Below are positions 33,176-43,352 of a DNA stretch of 64,000 nt, piece after piece. Position numbers and translations under genes: made by a program. The notes below the pieces were generated by a model, which did no database searches, was not told the origin of the DNA, and saw nothing but the letters and a program-made list of their open reading frames with translations. This DNA is from Candidatus Hydrogenedentota bacterium (GTDB lineage: Bacteria > Hydrogenedentota > Hydrogenedentia > Hydrogenedentales > SLHB01): positions 192,001 to 256,000 of the forward strand of contig CAXXTH010000018.1 in assembly GCA_963668025.2 (NCBI GenBank), given 5' to 3'. Each line of letters opens with the position of its first letter. Within the stretch, counting starts at the first letter, position 1.

Positions 33176-33361
33176 GCACACTCCCAAATTCATTGCCTGC
33201 ACACACTACATTGGAGAAAACGCCACACCTGCGTCGTTGTAAAAACGGCGCTACTCTTTCCCCGAATGGGAGTATAACATGCTTAGAAGGATAATCCGCC
33301 ACTCATCCCATTAGTGAATCTTGGTGACACTTTTGCCATCGGAAGTGAATCAGTGGGACGA

Positions 33362-34507
33362 CTAGACATACCCAGAGGCCGCTGCTGCAATAGAATCCAC
33401 CGCCTGGCGGATATGTTCTTCTGTAGTGAAGCGGCCTAAACTGATTCGGATGGCCGTTCTGGCTTCTTCTTCGTTCATGCCGATGGCGTGCAGAACGTGA
33501 TTTGGCTCTGGATGGATGGAACCGCATGCCGAACCCGCCGATGCGGCTATGCCAGGCATTGACTCAAGGAGCGCTTTGGCCGGAACGCCTGGAAAAGACA
33601 TGCAACTGATATGCGGTGCGCGCGCGCAGGCTTGGCCGTGAATACGTGTACCGGTGATTTTCTCAACCAAGGCCGCCTCGAGGCCATTCCGAAGCTCCGT
33701 GAGACGGGCCGTCTCATGAGAGAGTTCTTGCATCGCCAGCTCGCAGGCGAATCCACATCCCGCTACGCCTGGGGCATTCACGGTTCCGCTGCGTAATCCC
33801 CGTTCCTGGCCGCCGCCGCTAAACAGGGGCTCCAGCCGGACGCGAGGCGCCCGCTCCCGCACATAGAGCGCTCCCACGCCTTTGGGTCCATGGAATTTGT
33901 GCGCCGATATCGCCAGCAGGTCAATGCCCATGCGGTGAACATCAAGCGGAATCTTGCCAACGGCCTGCGTGGCGTCGCAAAAGAACAGCACGCCCCGTTG
34001 TTTGCAAATACGGCCGATGGCTTCAATGGGATTGAGCGTTCCAAGGATATTGTTGGCGGCCATGGCGCATACCAGAAAGGTTTCTTTGCGTATAGCAGAA
34101 GCCGTTTGTTCGGGCGCGATACGGCCATGCGGGTCTGGCTGGAGCCAAGTGATTTCCCATCCGGCGCGCTCCAAATGGCGGCACGATTCAAGCACGGCCT
34201 TATGTTCGGCAAGGGAACAAATGATATGCCTGCCCCGGTTTGAATACGCTGCGGCAGCTCCCTTGATCGCCAGATTCGCACTTTCCGTGGCGCTCGACGT
34301 GAACACGATTTCCCGGGGAGATGCACCGAGCGCATGGGCGGTTTGTATACGCGCTTCTTCCACTCGATCCCGCGCCTGGCGGCCCAGCAGGTGTGTCACA
34401 CTGGCTGGATTGCCATATTCTTCACGCAATATCGAGAACATAAACTCCAAGACACACGGGTCGATGGGAGTGGTCGAGGCGTTGTCCAAATAAATAATGG
34501 CTTCCAT
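33362..34507 (-). CDS. iscS: Group I cysteine desulfurase (IscS/NifS-like)
   Basis: IYLDNASTT, SAHKFHGPKG, RSGT.N, SAGSAC. Confidence 0.9.
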   Translation of the reverse strand: MEAIIYLDNASTTPIDPCVLEFMFSILREEYGNPASVTHLLGRQARDRVEEARIQTAHALGASPREIVFTSSATESANLAIKGAAAAYSNRGRHIICSLAEHKAVLESCRHLERAGWEITWLQPDPHGRIAPEQTASAIRKETFLVCAMAANNILGTLNPIEAIGRICKQRGVLFFCDATQAVGKIPLDVHRMGIDLLAISAHKFHGPKGVGALYVRERAPRVRLEPLFSGGGQERGLRSGTVNAPGVAGCGFACELAMQELSHETARLTELRNGLEAALVEKITGTRIHGQACARAPHISCMSFPGVPAKALLESMPGIAASAGSACGSIHPEPNHVLHAIGMNEEEARTAIRISLGRFTTEEHIRQAVDSIAAAASGYV

Positions 34508-34625
34508 ATTATCTCATTTTCTTTAAATGCTGAAGGACGTTTTGCACCAGAGGAATACCGGCTACATGAATTTGAGCCTCGACATGCCGCTCTGAACGAT
34601 TGGGCAAGCCCCATCTCACAGCTCT

Positions 34626-35795
34626 TTATTCATTCGAGTTCCGTTTTTTATCCATCGAGCGGTGAACCGTTTCGATCCAACCGCCGCCCAACAGCATGTC
34701 CTCCGCATACACCACCGCCGCTTGGCCCGGGACCGCACAATCCACGGGCGTATCGAAAACAGCTTGAAATCTGCCAGGGCCAAGCAGATGGATCGTGGCG
34801 TCATATGCGTGGGATGCGTACCGAATTTGGACGCTCGCGCGGAAGCACTGAGGGACCGTCTGCTGCCATAGGGCTTCCGCCGCCTCGATGCCATCTGTAC
34901 GTAGCCGTTCCTGATGACCCACCACTAAGGTATTATGCGGCGCGTCAATCGACACTACATAAAGAGGTTCAGGATGGGCGATTCCCAATCCCCGGCGCTG
35001 GCCAGTCGTATACCGGGCGATGCCTTGGTGTTCTCCGAGCAGATGGCCATCCACGCTATAGATAGGCCCCGGCCTTAAGCCGCTTGCGCCACGGCGCTCA
35101 AGCAAACCGGCATAGCCGTTATGCGGCGCGAAACAAATATCCTGGCTTTCCAGCTTGGCGCGCATATCCAGACGGGCTATATCCGCGATGGCCCGGACTT
35201 CGCTTTTGCTGGACACCTCGCCCAATGGCAGCAGCAGGCGCTGCAACAACGCCTTATCGAGGGTAAAAAGGACATAGGATTGATCTTTTTGCCGGCATGC
35301 GGCGCGGCATATGGTCCACTCGCCCGCATGGGCGCGGATACGCGCGTAATGGCCCGTAGCAAGATACGCGGCTCCTATGGAGTCCGCAAAACGGAGCAAA
35401 TGCGCGAATTTCACTTGCGCATTGCACAGCGGGCAAGGATTTGGCGTACGCCCCTGTTCGTAATCATGCACGAAGTAATCAATGATAGGCTTGATGGAAT
35501 CTCCCGCGCTGACAACATGAAAGGGAATTCCTATTTGTTCCGCCGCCCGCCGGGCGTCTTCCGCATCATCTGGCGAACAGCAAGAACGGCTTCCGACGGT
35601 TTGTTCAATAGCCGTGCTCAAACAGAGAAACACGCCATGCACGTCATAACCCGATTCGCGCAGTAAATAGGCCGTAACCGCGGAATCCACGCCGCCGCTC
35701 ATGCCAACGACGACCTGCTTAGGCCCGCTGTAATGAACGCTTATTTCTTGGCGCACGGAACGTTCTCCTTTATTGAAACGCATGGCCTCGCTCAT
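34626..35795 (-). CDS. mnmA: tRNA 2-thiouridine(34) synthase MnmA
   Basis: MSGGVDS, PNPCPLCN, ATGHY, KDQSY, SQDICF, TGQRRGL, PGQAAV. Confidence 0.95.
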   Translation of the reverse strand: MSEAMRFNKGERSVRQEISVHYSGPKQVVVGMSGGVDSAVTAYLLRESGYDVHGVFLCLSTAIEQTVGSRSCCSPDDAEDARRAAEQIGIPFHVVSAGDSIKPIIDYFVHDYEQGRTPNPCPLCNAQVKFAHLLRFADSIGAAYLATGHYARIRAHAGEWTICRAACRQKDQSYVLFTLDKALLQRLLLPLGEVSSKSEVRAIADIARLDMRAKLESQDICFAPHNGYAGLLERRGASGLRPGPIYSVDGHLLGEHQGIARYTTGQRRGLGIAHPEPLYVVSIDAPHNTLVVGHQERLRTDGIEAAEALWQQTVPQCFRASVQIRYASHAYDATIHLLGPGRFQAVFDTPVDCAVPGQAAVVYAEDMLLGGGWIETVHRSMDKKRNSNE

Positions 35796-35908
35796 AAATA
35801 CCTATCCCCCGCTTTGCCGGGGGATACATGTTCGATTCATAGACGCCGCTAAAGTAGTAATTGGCGTTTCCGTTATGCTCCCGATGATGCAACGGTATGG
35901 GGTGTTTG

Positions 35909-37888
35909 CTACAATCCAGCCCCCCGCCCGCTTTTCAAGTTCCATACGGCTGCGGCCAGCGCGTCGATCTCCTCACAAGTGTTGTAGAACGCCAGCGAAG
36001 GGCGCACGGTGCTTTCCAGGCCAAAGCGGCGCAAAACCGGCTGGGCGCAATGATGGCCAGCTCGCACCGCAATCCCTTCACGGCTTAAAGCCTTGCCGAC
36101 ATCCTCCGTGCTGAAACCATCCAACACAAACGATAGGACGCTGGCCTTTTCCCGGGCAGTTCCTATAAGGCGCAACCCAGGAATACGCTGAAGCGCTTGT
36201 ATGCCATACTGCAGCAGATTATGCTCATATCGAGCAATATTCGCCATGCCGATCCGGCTGGCATAGTCAATAGCCGCGCCAAGTCCGGCGGCGTCAGCGA
36301 TGCTGCCGGTTCCAGCTTCAAAACGTGCTGGGGCATCCTGGTAGATGGTCTTCTCGAATGTCACATCCACGATCATGTTGCCTCCTCCTTGCCAAGGGGG
36401 AGTTGATTCGAGCGCCTCCGGTTTTCCGTAAAGCACTCCGATGCCGTTGGGGCCAAACACTTTATGGCCGGAGAAGACATAAAAATCTGCATCCAGCGCC
36501 TGCACATCCACCGGCATGTGGGAAACAGCTTGTGCGCCATCAACAAGCACACGGGCGCCATGCCGGTGTGCGATAGCAATCATTTCCGCCACCGGCGTGA
36601 TGGTTCCCAGCGCATTGGAGACATGCGCCAAGGAAACGAGCCTTGTTCGCGGTGTAAACAGCTTCTCGTATTCATCTAGCAGAATCTGGCCGCTATCGTC
36701 CACCGGAGCGACCCGCAAGCGCGCGTTCTTCTCGGAAGCCAATTGCTGCCAAGGCACAATATTGGCATGATGCTCCAGCCAGGTAATGATGATTTCTTCC
36801 CCTTGCTGGATATAGCGCCGCCCCCAGCTCTGGGCAACCAAGTTGATGCCTTCAGTTGCTCCCCGGACGAACACGATATCGCTGGCCGCGCTGGCGTTGA
36901 GGAATCGAGCGGCTTTTTCGCGCGCCGCTTCGTACGCATCGGTGGAACGCGCCGCCAATTCGTGTGCGGCCCGGTGCACATTGGAGTTCTCATGCTGATA
37001 GAAGTACGTCAAGCGGTCAATGACCGATTGCGGCTTCTGTGTGGTGGCGGCATTATCGAGCCATACCAGTTGCCGCCCTCCAGAAACCTGCTCTTGCAGG
37101 ATCGGGAAATCTCTCCGGACTGAGGCGACATCAAAAGGCGCGGCCAGCGTGTCCGCCAGTGGCTGCACGGCCGTTTTTGCGTCGAGCGGCTCCAATGCGG
37201 GAACTATGTCTAGTAGAGCGATTGGTCGGGCATTATTGATGAAACCATACGTGGCAGGCAGGCCCCGCTGGACATCATGCGTAACGGCTCCCGGAAGCTG
37301 CGGCGCGGTTGGTTCTTGCGGTTTTGCGTTTACCGGAAGCGGAACTGCCCCAGGCAAGGCAGGCGGTTTGCCAGATAATTCTGTTTCCGCGGGAAACGTC
37401 ACCGTCCCGCCAGGCGGAGCCGCAGGAACCGCCTTTGTTGGTTCAGAGGAAAAGAGCGGGCGCACGTCCTCCACGAATCCATAGGATGGGATCGAAGAAA
37501 AATCCGCCACGGAAATGCCGCCTGGAATGCCGTACACCCTCAACTCTGGAACATCAGGGAGCGCTGTTGGGGCTGGTGTGGCAGCGCTTTGAAGCGCTGC
37601 GGGAATTGCAGCCAGATCAGCTTCTGTCAAATCGCCAGCCGCATCAAGGCCACTCCCATATATGGAAAAGGGAGGCCGTGTTGTGGCGGCTGCGGGCCTG
37701 AACAACGCTGCTACATTTTCATTGTCATGGGCAGGCAGCGCTTCAAAAAACTCGTTTGCCAGCCGCTCAAGTGTGGCGGCATCAGGAAATCCCGCAGCGG
37801 CCGCGCTCAACGAGCCGGGTTGCTCCAAGTTTGCTCCTGCTTCCTGGGCCAATCCCACAATCGTGTCATTGAGATTATTTATAATCAT
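35909..37888 (-). CDS. Family 2A encapsulin cargo cysteine desulfurase (SufS-type with long disordered N-terminus)
   Basis: Pro/Ala-rich N-terminal extension with LERLANEFF; WLDNAATTQKP; SGHK; RAGHHCAQP; overlaps the encapsulin stop. Confidence 0.93.
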   Translation of the reverse strand: MIINNLNDTIVGLAQEAGANLEQPGSLSAAAAGFPDAATLERLANEFFEALPAHDNENVAALFRPAAATTRPPFSIYGSGLDAAGDLTEADLAAIPAALQSAATPAPTALPDVPELRVYGIPGGISVADFSSIPSYGFVEDVRPLFSSEPTKAVPAAPPGGTVTFPAETELSGKPPALPGAVPLPVNAKPQEPTAPQLPGAVTHDVQRGLPATYGFINNARPIALLDIVPALEPLDAKTAVQPLADTLAAPFDVASVRRDFPILQEQVSGGRQLVWLDNAATTQKPQSVIDRLTYFYQHENSNVHRAAHELAARSTDAYEAAREKAARFLNASAASDIVFVRGATEGINLVAQSWGRRYIQQGEEIIITWLEHHANIVPWQQLASEKNARLRVAPVDDSGQILLDEYEKLFTPRTRLVSLAHVSNALGTITPVAEMIAIAHRHGARVLVDGAQAVSHMPVDVQALDADFYVFSGHKVFGPNGIGVLYGKPEALESTPPWQGGGNMIVDVTFEKTIYQDAPARFEAGTGSIADAAGLGAAIDYASRIGMANIARYEHNLLQYGIQALQRIPGLRLIGTAREKASVLSFVLDGFSTEDVGKALSREGIAVRAGHHCAQPVLRRFGLESTVRPSLAFYNTCEEIDALAAAVWNLKSGRGAGL

Positions 37889-38825
37889 AGTAATTGCCCA
37901 CATCGACATGTTCGAGAGCGGCGATGGCGTCGTCCACCAGCACGGCCGCCGAGCAATAGAGCGAGATCAGATACGAACCGATGCCTTGTCCATTGATGCC
38001 CATGAATCGAACGGACAACCCAGGCGTCTGTTCACCAGGCAGGCCGGGCTGATACAAGCCAACCACGCCCTGTTTTTTCTCTCCAACACGCAGCAGGAGG
38101 ATATCGGATTTTCCGCCATTACCTACAGGATTGGCCTCCCCATCAACAAGGAGCTTGTTGGTGGGAATGATTGGAATACCACGCCATGTCAGAAATGGCG
38201 AGCCAAACAAGGTGACTGTCGCAGGAGGAACGCCACGCCGGGTGCATTCGCGCCCGAAAGCGGCTATGGCTCGCGGATGGGCCAGGAAGAATGATGGTTC
38301 TTTCCATACTTTCGCGATCAAGTCATCCAAATCATCCGGGGTCGGCGCGCCTTTTCGGGTTGATATGCGCTGTGCGCGGGGAACGTTTTTCAGCAAGCCA
38401 TATTCAACATTGTTGAGCAATTCGTTCTCTTGCTTTTCCTTGATGGCCTCAATGGTCAATCGTAGCTGCTCGCGAATCTGGTCGAACGGATTACTGTATA
38501 AATCCGAAATACGCGTGTGGACATCCAGCACCGTGCTGATGCTGCTTAGCGTATACTCACGCGGTTTTTCCTGGTAATTCACAAATGTGCGGGGAAGAAT
38601 GCTCTCATCCTTTTTACCGCAAACTAAATCGATGGGCTTGTCTTCATCGACTTGGTTAAGCCGGAATGTTCCTGCTTCCAGCGGCTTCCAATCCAACAGC
38701 CGGACGAGCCATCGTGGGGTAATCGCGCCATATTGTGGCGGAGTTTTGGTGACATTGGCGAGCTGGAACGCCGCTGAGTCGCCGAGAATGTGGCTTTGCG
38801 CTTTTGCTGCTTTGATGTCGGACAT
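37875..38825 (-). CDS. Family 2A encapsulin shell protein (SrpI-like)
   Basis: QLANVTKT.PQ..ITPRWL, VHTRISDLY, PTPDDLD, FLAHP.AIAAFGRECTRRGVPP, GVVGLYQPGL, LSVRFMGI. Confidence 0.95.
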   Translation of the reverse strand: MSDIKAAKAQSHILGDSAAFQLANVTKTPPQYGAITPRWLVRLLDWKPLEAGTFRLNQVDEDKPIDLVCGKKDESILPRTFVNYQEKPREYTLSSISTVLDVHTRISDLYSNPFDQIREQLRLTIEAIKEKQENELLNNVEYGLLKNVPRAQRISTRKGAPTPDDLDDLIAKVWKEPSFFLAHPRAIAAFGRECTRRGVPPATVTLFGSPFLTWRGIPIIPTNKLLVDGEANPVGNGGKSDILLLRVGEKKQGVVGLYQPGLPGEQTPGLSVRFMGINGQGIGSYLISLYCSAAVLVDDAIAALEHVDVGNYYDYK

Positions 38826-38968
38826 GTCTGTTCTCCAATAAGGTTGTATCGAGTTTGTTTCGTACAAAATAAAGCTACTGGGTTTACCAATGTGTTTGCC
38901 TACATCCTTGAGATATCCAGCAAAGCCACATTCACCAAAAAAAATACATACTTACATATCTAAATCAC

Positions 38969-40450
38969 TTAATATTTAGGGGTGCTGGGGTCCACTTGGC
39001 CGGACCAGCCCAAAATGCCGTCTTTAAGATTTACGAGACGGCCGCCATATCCCGACGCGCGCAAATCATTAATCGCCTTAGCGCTGCGTATGCCTACTTT
39101 GCAAAAAATGACCGCAACACGGGCGGGGTCGATTTCCGCGGCCCGGTTTACGATTTGCCCTAGCGGAATGAGCTTTTCATAAGGCAAATTTGCAATCGCA
39201 TATTCATGTGGTTCACGTACGTCGATCAGTTGGAAGTCGCGCTGTTCATCGAACCATTGCTTCAATTCGGCTGCCGAGATCTCATCAGGTGTTCCATTAG
39301 CTGTTTCGCCCACGGCTGGCGCGGGCTGGCGGAGTCCGCAGAATTCCTCATAATCGATCAGTTCATGAAGAACCGGCTTTTCGCCGCAGATAGGGCACTT
39401 AGGATTCTTATGCAGCTTCATTTCGCGGAAACGCATCTTCCACGCATCAAACAACAACAGCCGGTTAATAAGCGGTTCACCGCCGCCCAAAATGAGCTTG
39501 ATTGTCTCATTAGCCTGTATCGAGCCAATGATGCCCGGCAAGACGCCAAGCACGCCTCCTTCCGCGCATGAGGGAACCAGCCCTGGGGGCGGTGGTTCAG
39601 TGAATAGGCACCGATAGCAAGCGCCCACTTTTGCCCAGAAGACACTTGCCTGGCCCTCGAATCGAAAAATCGAGCCGTATACATTGGGTTTACCGAGCAG
39701 CACGCAGGCGTCATTGACCAAATACCGCGTCGGGAAATTATCCGTGCCATCCACAATAATGTCGTAATCACGAATGATATCCAGCGCGTTCTGGCTCGTT
39801 AGACGGGTATCATATGCATCCACTTGCACGTGCCGGTTGATGTCGTAGATGCGATCGGCGGCTGAAGCAATTTTAGGGCGCCCGATATCTCTTGTGCCGT
39901 GGATCACTTGGCGCTGTAGATTGGATTCATCCACCACATCAAAATCTACGATGCCCAGATGGCCAATACCCGCCGCCGCTAGGTATAATCCCACGGGCGC
40001 GCCGAGGCCGCCCGTGCCGATCATAAGCACTCGTGCATTTTTCAGTTTACGCTGCCCTTCGACACCGACTTCTGGAAGGATTAGGTGGCGGCTATAACGT
40101 AGGATCTCCTGGTTAGAGAGTTCCGGCAATTTCATATGACTTGACGCTTCCGCGATTTCCGGGGCTTCTTCGGCAACGCCTCCAGCAATGGACGGCACCA
40201 CCATGATCGCAGCCCCATCAGCTACTGGCGTCTCCAATCCTGACTGATACCGGATGTCCTCATCGTTCACATAGATATTGACGAAACTGCGTAATTCCCC
40301 TTTATCATTGAACAAGTGTTTATTCAGTTCGGTATGCTGCGCTACGAGCTGGCCAAGCGCTTCGCCGACGTTTTTTGCATGCACGGCTATCTCGGGTTGA
40401 TTGCCAGTAAAACGGCGCAACGCCGTGGGAATCTGAATTAAAACGGGCAT
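38969..40450 (-). CDS. MoaD/CysO-like sulfur carrier fused to MoeB/E1 adenylyltransferase and rhodanese (MoeZ-like)
   Basis: 91-aa ubiquitin-like domain ending PSIAGG internally; RYSRHL, GTGGLG, SNLQRQ, CYRC, PSCAEGG, CPIC; rhodanese DVREPHE, CKVGIRS. Confidence 0.92.
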   Translation of the reverse strand: MPVLIQIPTALRRFTGNQPEIAVHAKNVGEALGQLVAQHTELNKHLFNDKGELRSFVNIYVNDEDIRYQSGLETPVADGAAIMVVPSIAGGVAEEAPEIAEASSHMKLPELSNQEILRYSRHLILPEVGVEGQRKLKNARVLMIGTGGLGAPVGLYLAAAGIGHLGIVDFDVVDESNLQRQVIHGTRDIGRPKIASAADRIYDINRHVQVDAYDTRLTSQNALDIIRDYDIIVDGTDNFPTRYLVNDACVLLGKPNVYGSIFRFEGQASVFWAKVGACYRCLFTEPPPPGLVPSCAEGGVLGVLPGIIGSIQANETIKLILGGGEPLINRLLLFDAWKMRFREMKLHKNPKCPICGEKPVLHELIDYEEFCGLRQPAPAVGETANGTPDEISAAELKQWFDEQRDFQLIDVREPHEYAIANLPYEKLIPLGQIVNRAAEIDPARVAVIFCKVGIRSAKAINDLRASGYGGRLVNLKDGILGWSGQVDPSTPKY

Positions 40451-40454
40451 ATGC

Positions 40455-40883
40455 TCATGCTCCTTTCCGTATTGGCTCTGGGTTGAAACGAGAACGATCT
40501 GCTTCCATTTCCCAAGAAAGCAGGCTGCCTGCTTGGCCTTGGCGTATAGCGACAATGACGTACGAATACGTTGGCCAGGCATGGTCCAAATCAAACTGGG
40601 ACGGCTCCGCCGGATGATCGGGATGCGAGTGATAAAACCCGACCACATCAAGCGCTTTCGAGCGGGCAAGTTTCTCTCCCGCCAGCAACTCATTCGGCGC
40701 TATTAAGAATCGGTTGTGCCGGGAGCCTGTATCGCGCGCATTGGCGATGGGATGTATTTCCACAACGCTTTTTCCATGTTGCGAATCAATACGGCCGATA
40801 AGCAGCCCACAACACTCATGGGGATACTCCGCTTCGCCATGCCGCCGGATTGCATCGAGATGCTCGGTTTGAATCAAAATCAT
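40455..40883 (-). CDS. JAMM/MPN+ (M67, Mec-like) metallopeptidase
   Basis: YPHECCG and YHSHPDHPAEPSQFD (E...HxH-x7-S-xx-D). Confidence 0.93.
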   Translation of the reverse strand: MILIQTEHLDAIRRHGEAEYPHECCGLLIGRIDSQHGKSVVEIHPIANARDTGSRHNRFLIAPNELLAGEKLARSKALDVVGFYHSHPDHPAEPSQFDLDHAWPTYSYVIVAIRQGQAGSLLSWEMEADRSRFNPEPIRKGA

Positions 40884-40885
40884 GC

Positions 40886-41851
40886 TCAACCCTCCTCCCA
40901 AAAGAAATCGCCCACATAACGGGAACCGCTGTCGCAGAGTATGGTGGCCACGACAGATCCAGGCGGCAGCGTGCGGGCCAGCCGGATGGCGGCAAATACA
41001 TTGGCTCCTGAACTGACGCCGACAAACAGCCCTTCACGTCGCGCCAAGCGCCGGGCGGTTTCCTGGGCATCTTCGGTGGAGACCTCCACCTGCTCATCTC
41101 CCAACGAAGCATCATAAATGCCAGGGACAATCGTTGTTTCTAGATGCTTCATCCCCTCCAAACCATGCAGAGGGGAGTCTGGCTGCATGCGAATGGCGCG
41201 CAAGCGGGGATTAAGCTCTTTTAGCCTGCGGACCGTACCGGTGAACGTGCCGGACGTGCCCATACCCGCAACAAAATGCGTCACCCGCCCTTCCGTCTGT
41301 TCCCATATTTCCGGGGCCGTCGTCTCATAATGCGCCCGCCAATTTGCTGGATTGTTATATTGATCTGGATAGAAGTATTTTCCAGGTTCTTTAACGGCTA
41401 ATTCGGCGGCCCGAACCTGTGCTCCGTCAGAACTCTGCAACGGATCGGTTTCAATGATCTGGGCTCCATATGCACGCATAATACGCTTGCGCTCTATACT
41501 GGCATTCTTCGGAAGGCATAATACGACCTGGTAGCCCAGAGTCGCACCGAGCATCGCATAAGCAATACCGGTATTGCCGCTGGTGGCGTCCAGAATAGTC
41601 ATGCCTGGCCGGAGCCGGCCCTCTCGTATTCCTTCTTGGATCATGGACCAGGCAGGCCGGTCTTTCACAGACCCGCCGGGATTCAAGTGCTCGGCTTTCG
41701 CATACACTGCCACCTCTTCAGGCAAATCATCCGCCAGGCGCGTGAGCCGCAATAACGGCGTGCGTCCAATGAGTTCGTATAATCTCCGCCCAATCCGAAC
41801 TGGACCAACAGAGGCGGCGAACTGCGTAGGAAGCGGTGCGGCGCAAACCAT
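40886..41851 (-). CDS. cysM: PLP-dependent cysteine synthase (CysM-type)
   Basis: NPGGSVKDR, TSGNTG, DQYNN, GMGTSGT, SSGAN; context with Mec and sulfur carrier. Confidence 0.85.
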   Translation of the reverse strand: MVCAAPLPTQFAASVGPVRIGRRLYELIGRTPLLRLTRLADDLPEEVAVYAKAEHLNPGGSVKDRPAWSMIQEGIREGRLRPGMTILDATSGNTGIAYAMLGATLGYQVVLCLPKNASIERKRIMRAYGAQIIETDPLQSSDGAQVRAAELAVKEPGKYFYPDQYNNPANWRAHYETTAPEIWEQTEGRVTHFVAGMGTSGTFTGTVRRLKELNPRLRAIRMQPDSPLHGLEGMKHLETTIVPGIYDASLGDEQVEVSTEDAQETARRLARREGLFVGVSSGANVFAAIRLARTLPPGSVVATILCDSGSRYVGDFFWEEG

Positions 41852-41982
41852 TGGCTAATACCCTTTCCTTTTCGCTTTGCATCTATCGCCTTCATGTACG
41901 CGTATTTCCATCCGCCCCGCCTTCGTATTAAGAAATGCTTTTACTTGGGCGTGGAATCGTGTAGTATACGCGCTTCAAGGTT

Positions 41983-42016
41983 ATTCTAAAGTATGCAGGT
42001 CGACTTTGTCAAGTAT
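41983..42016 (-). promoter_or_regulatory. Sigma70 promoter of the cysM operon
   Basis: Minus strand ATAC-TTGACA-N18-TAGAAT. Confidence 0.65.
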
Positions 42017-42048
42017 AACGCTAGGGCTGATTCTAGAAGGAGGGCTTT

Positions 42049-42996
42049 ATGAATCCGAATCCGAAAGATGAAATCGCCAATCTGGTGAATACTATCGTCG
42101 CTAGCTACCACGCCGAACCAAAAACACGCCACATTGGCGCGGGCAAACTTCCCAATCACGACGACATTGTCACGGTCATCCATTTGCTGCGGCAGATTTT
42201 GTTTCCGGGCTACTTTGGCAAGCAAGATTTAGAAATAGGCACCGTAGAATACCATGTAGGCGATCTGCTGATTGATATCCATGACCGCCTGCTCGCGCAA
42301 GTGCGCAGTGCGCTGCTTCATGAAGCCGCGCGTTTGGGAGAATCGCCCAGCGACAGTGAAGCCAGGGCGGAGCGTATCGTGAATGATTTTCTTCAGACGA
42401 TTCCGCAATTGCGCGCGGTGCTGGCGACGGATGTCCAAGCGGCTTTCGACGGCGATCCAGCAGCCGGGGACACCGATGAGATCATATTCTCCTATCCTGG
42501 CCTCTTTGCCATTACGGTATACCGGCTTGCCCACGAACTCTACCTGCGTGGAGTGCCGTTAATTCCCCGTATCATGGCCGAGCATGCGCACAGCGCCACG
42601 GGCATTGATATCCATCCAGGCGCTGATATCGATGAATACTTTTTCATTGACCATGGCACAGGCGTTGTCATCGGCGAGACAACCAAGATCGGCAAGCATG
42701 TCAAAATTTATCAAGGAGTCACACTGGGCGCGCTATCCACACGCGGTGGCCAGAAGTTGCGCGGCGTGAAGCGGCATCCTGCGCTCGAAGATGAAGTGAC
42801 CGTCTATTCGGGCGCGTCCATTCTTGGCGGGGAAACTGTCATACGTAAAGGCGTGGTCATTAGCAGCAACGTTTTCGTGACCCAATCCGTTCCGCCCAAT
42901 ACTCGAGTGACCGTGAAAAATCCTGAATTGCAATACCGGGATCAAAAGCCCAAAACATTCAAGCAAGATATGCCGCCTCTCGAATGGCAGATCTAG
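42049..42996 (+). CDS. cysE: Serine O-acetyltransferase (EpsC/CysE type)
   Basis: GDPAA, YRLAH, TGIDIHPGA, FIDHGTGVVIGET, YQGVTLG, KRHP. Confidence 0.92.
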   Translation: MNPNPKDEIANLVNTIVASYHAEPKTRHIGAGKLPNHDDIVTVIHLLRQILFPGYFGKQDLEIGTVEYHVGDLLIDIHDRLLAQVRSALLHEAARLGESPSDSEARAERIVNDFLQTIPQLRAVLATDVQAAFDGDPAAGDTDEIIFSYPGLFAITVYRLAHELYLRGVPLIPRIMAEHAHSATGIDIHPGADIDEYFFIDHGTGVVIGETTKIGKHVKIYQGVTLGALSTRGGQKLRGVKRHPALEDEVTVYSGASILGGETVIRKGVVISSNVFVTQSVPPNTRVTVKNPELQYRDQKPKTFKQDMPPLEWQI

Positions 42997-43072
42997 AGCA
43001 GCTCAAGCCCGTGCGCACATGCCGAAGATGAGGCTTAGCGCAGCGTAGCCGCAACCAAAGATCCGGATTTTG

Positions 43073-43175
43073 CACCACGAAGAAACGAAGAACACGAATA
43101 TTTTCCGCAGATGACACAGATGTCACAGATTAAAATCTAGAATTGATATCGTTTTACTTCGTGCTCTTCGTGGTG
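43073..43175. repeat. REP-like element of the CACCACGAAG family
   Basis: CACCACGAAGAAACGAAGAACACGAA ... TTCGTGCTCTTCGTGGTG. Confidence 0.65.
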
Positions 43176-43352
43176 GAAGTCTGGTCTCTAACGAGTTGAT
43201 GTATATTGATTTACGCAGAAAATCCATGCAAGGAAACTAGATTTCGACAAATAGTAGTTCGAATGAATCATCTCGATATGGCTGCAAGGGCCTTGTCGTT
43301 TTGCCATTCGGATATAGGATGTACGGAAATATCCCTGCCGTCCGTTTTCTAA

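Noticed and set aside
37875-38825. Prophage capsid
   Set aside because: Family 2A encapsulin motifs with a cargo desulfurase; no phage genes nearby.
40451-40693. N-terminal extension of the 574-aa ORF
   Set aside because: Overlaps the JAMM gene out of frame; the RBS and domain start fit ATG 40450.
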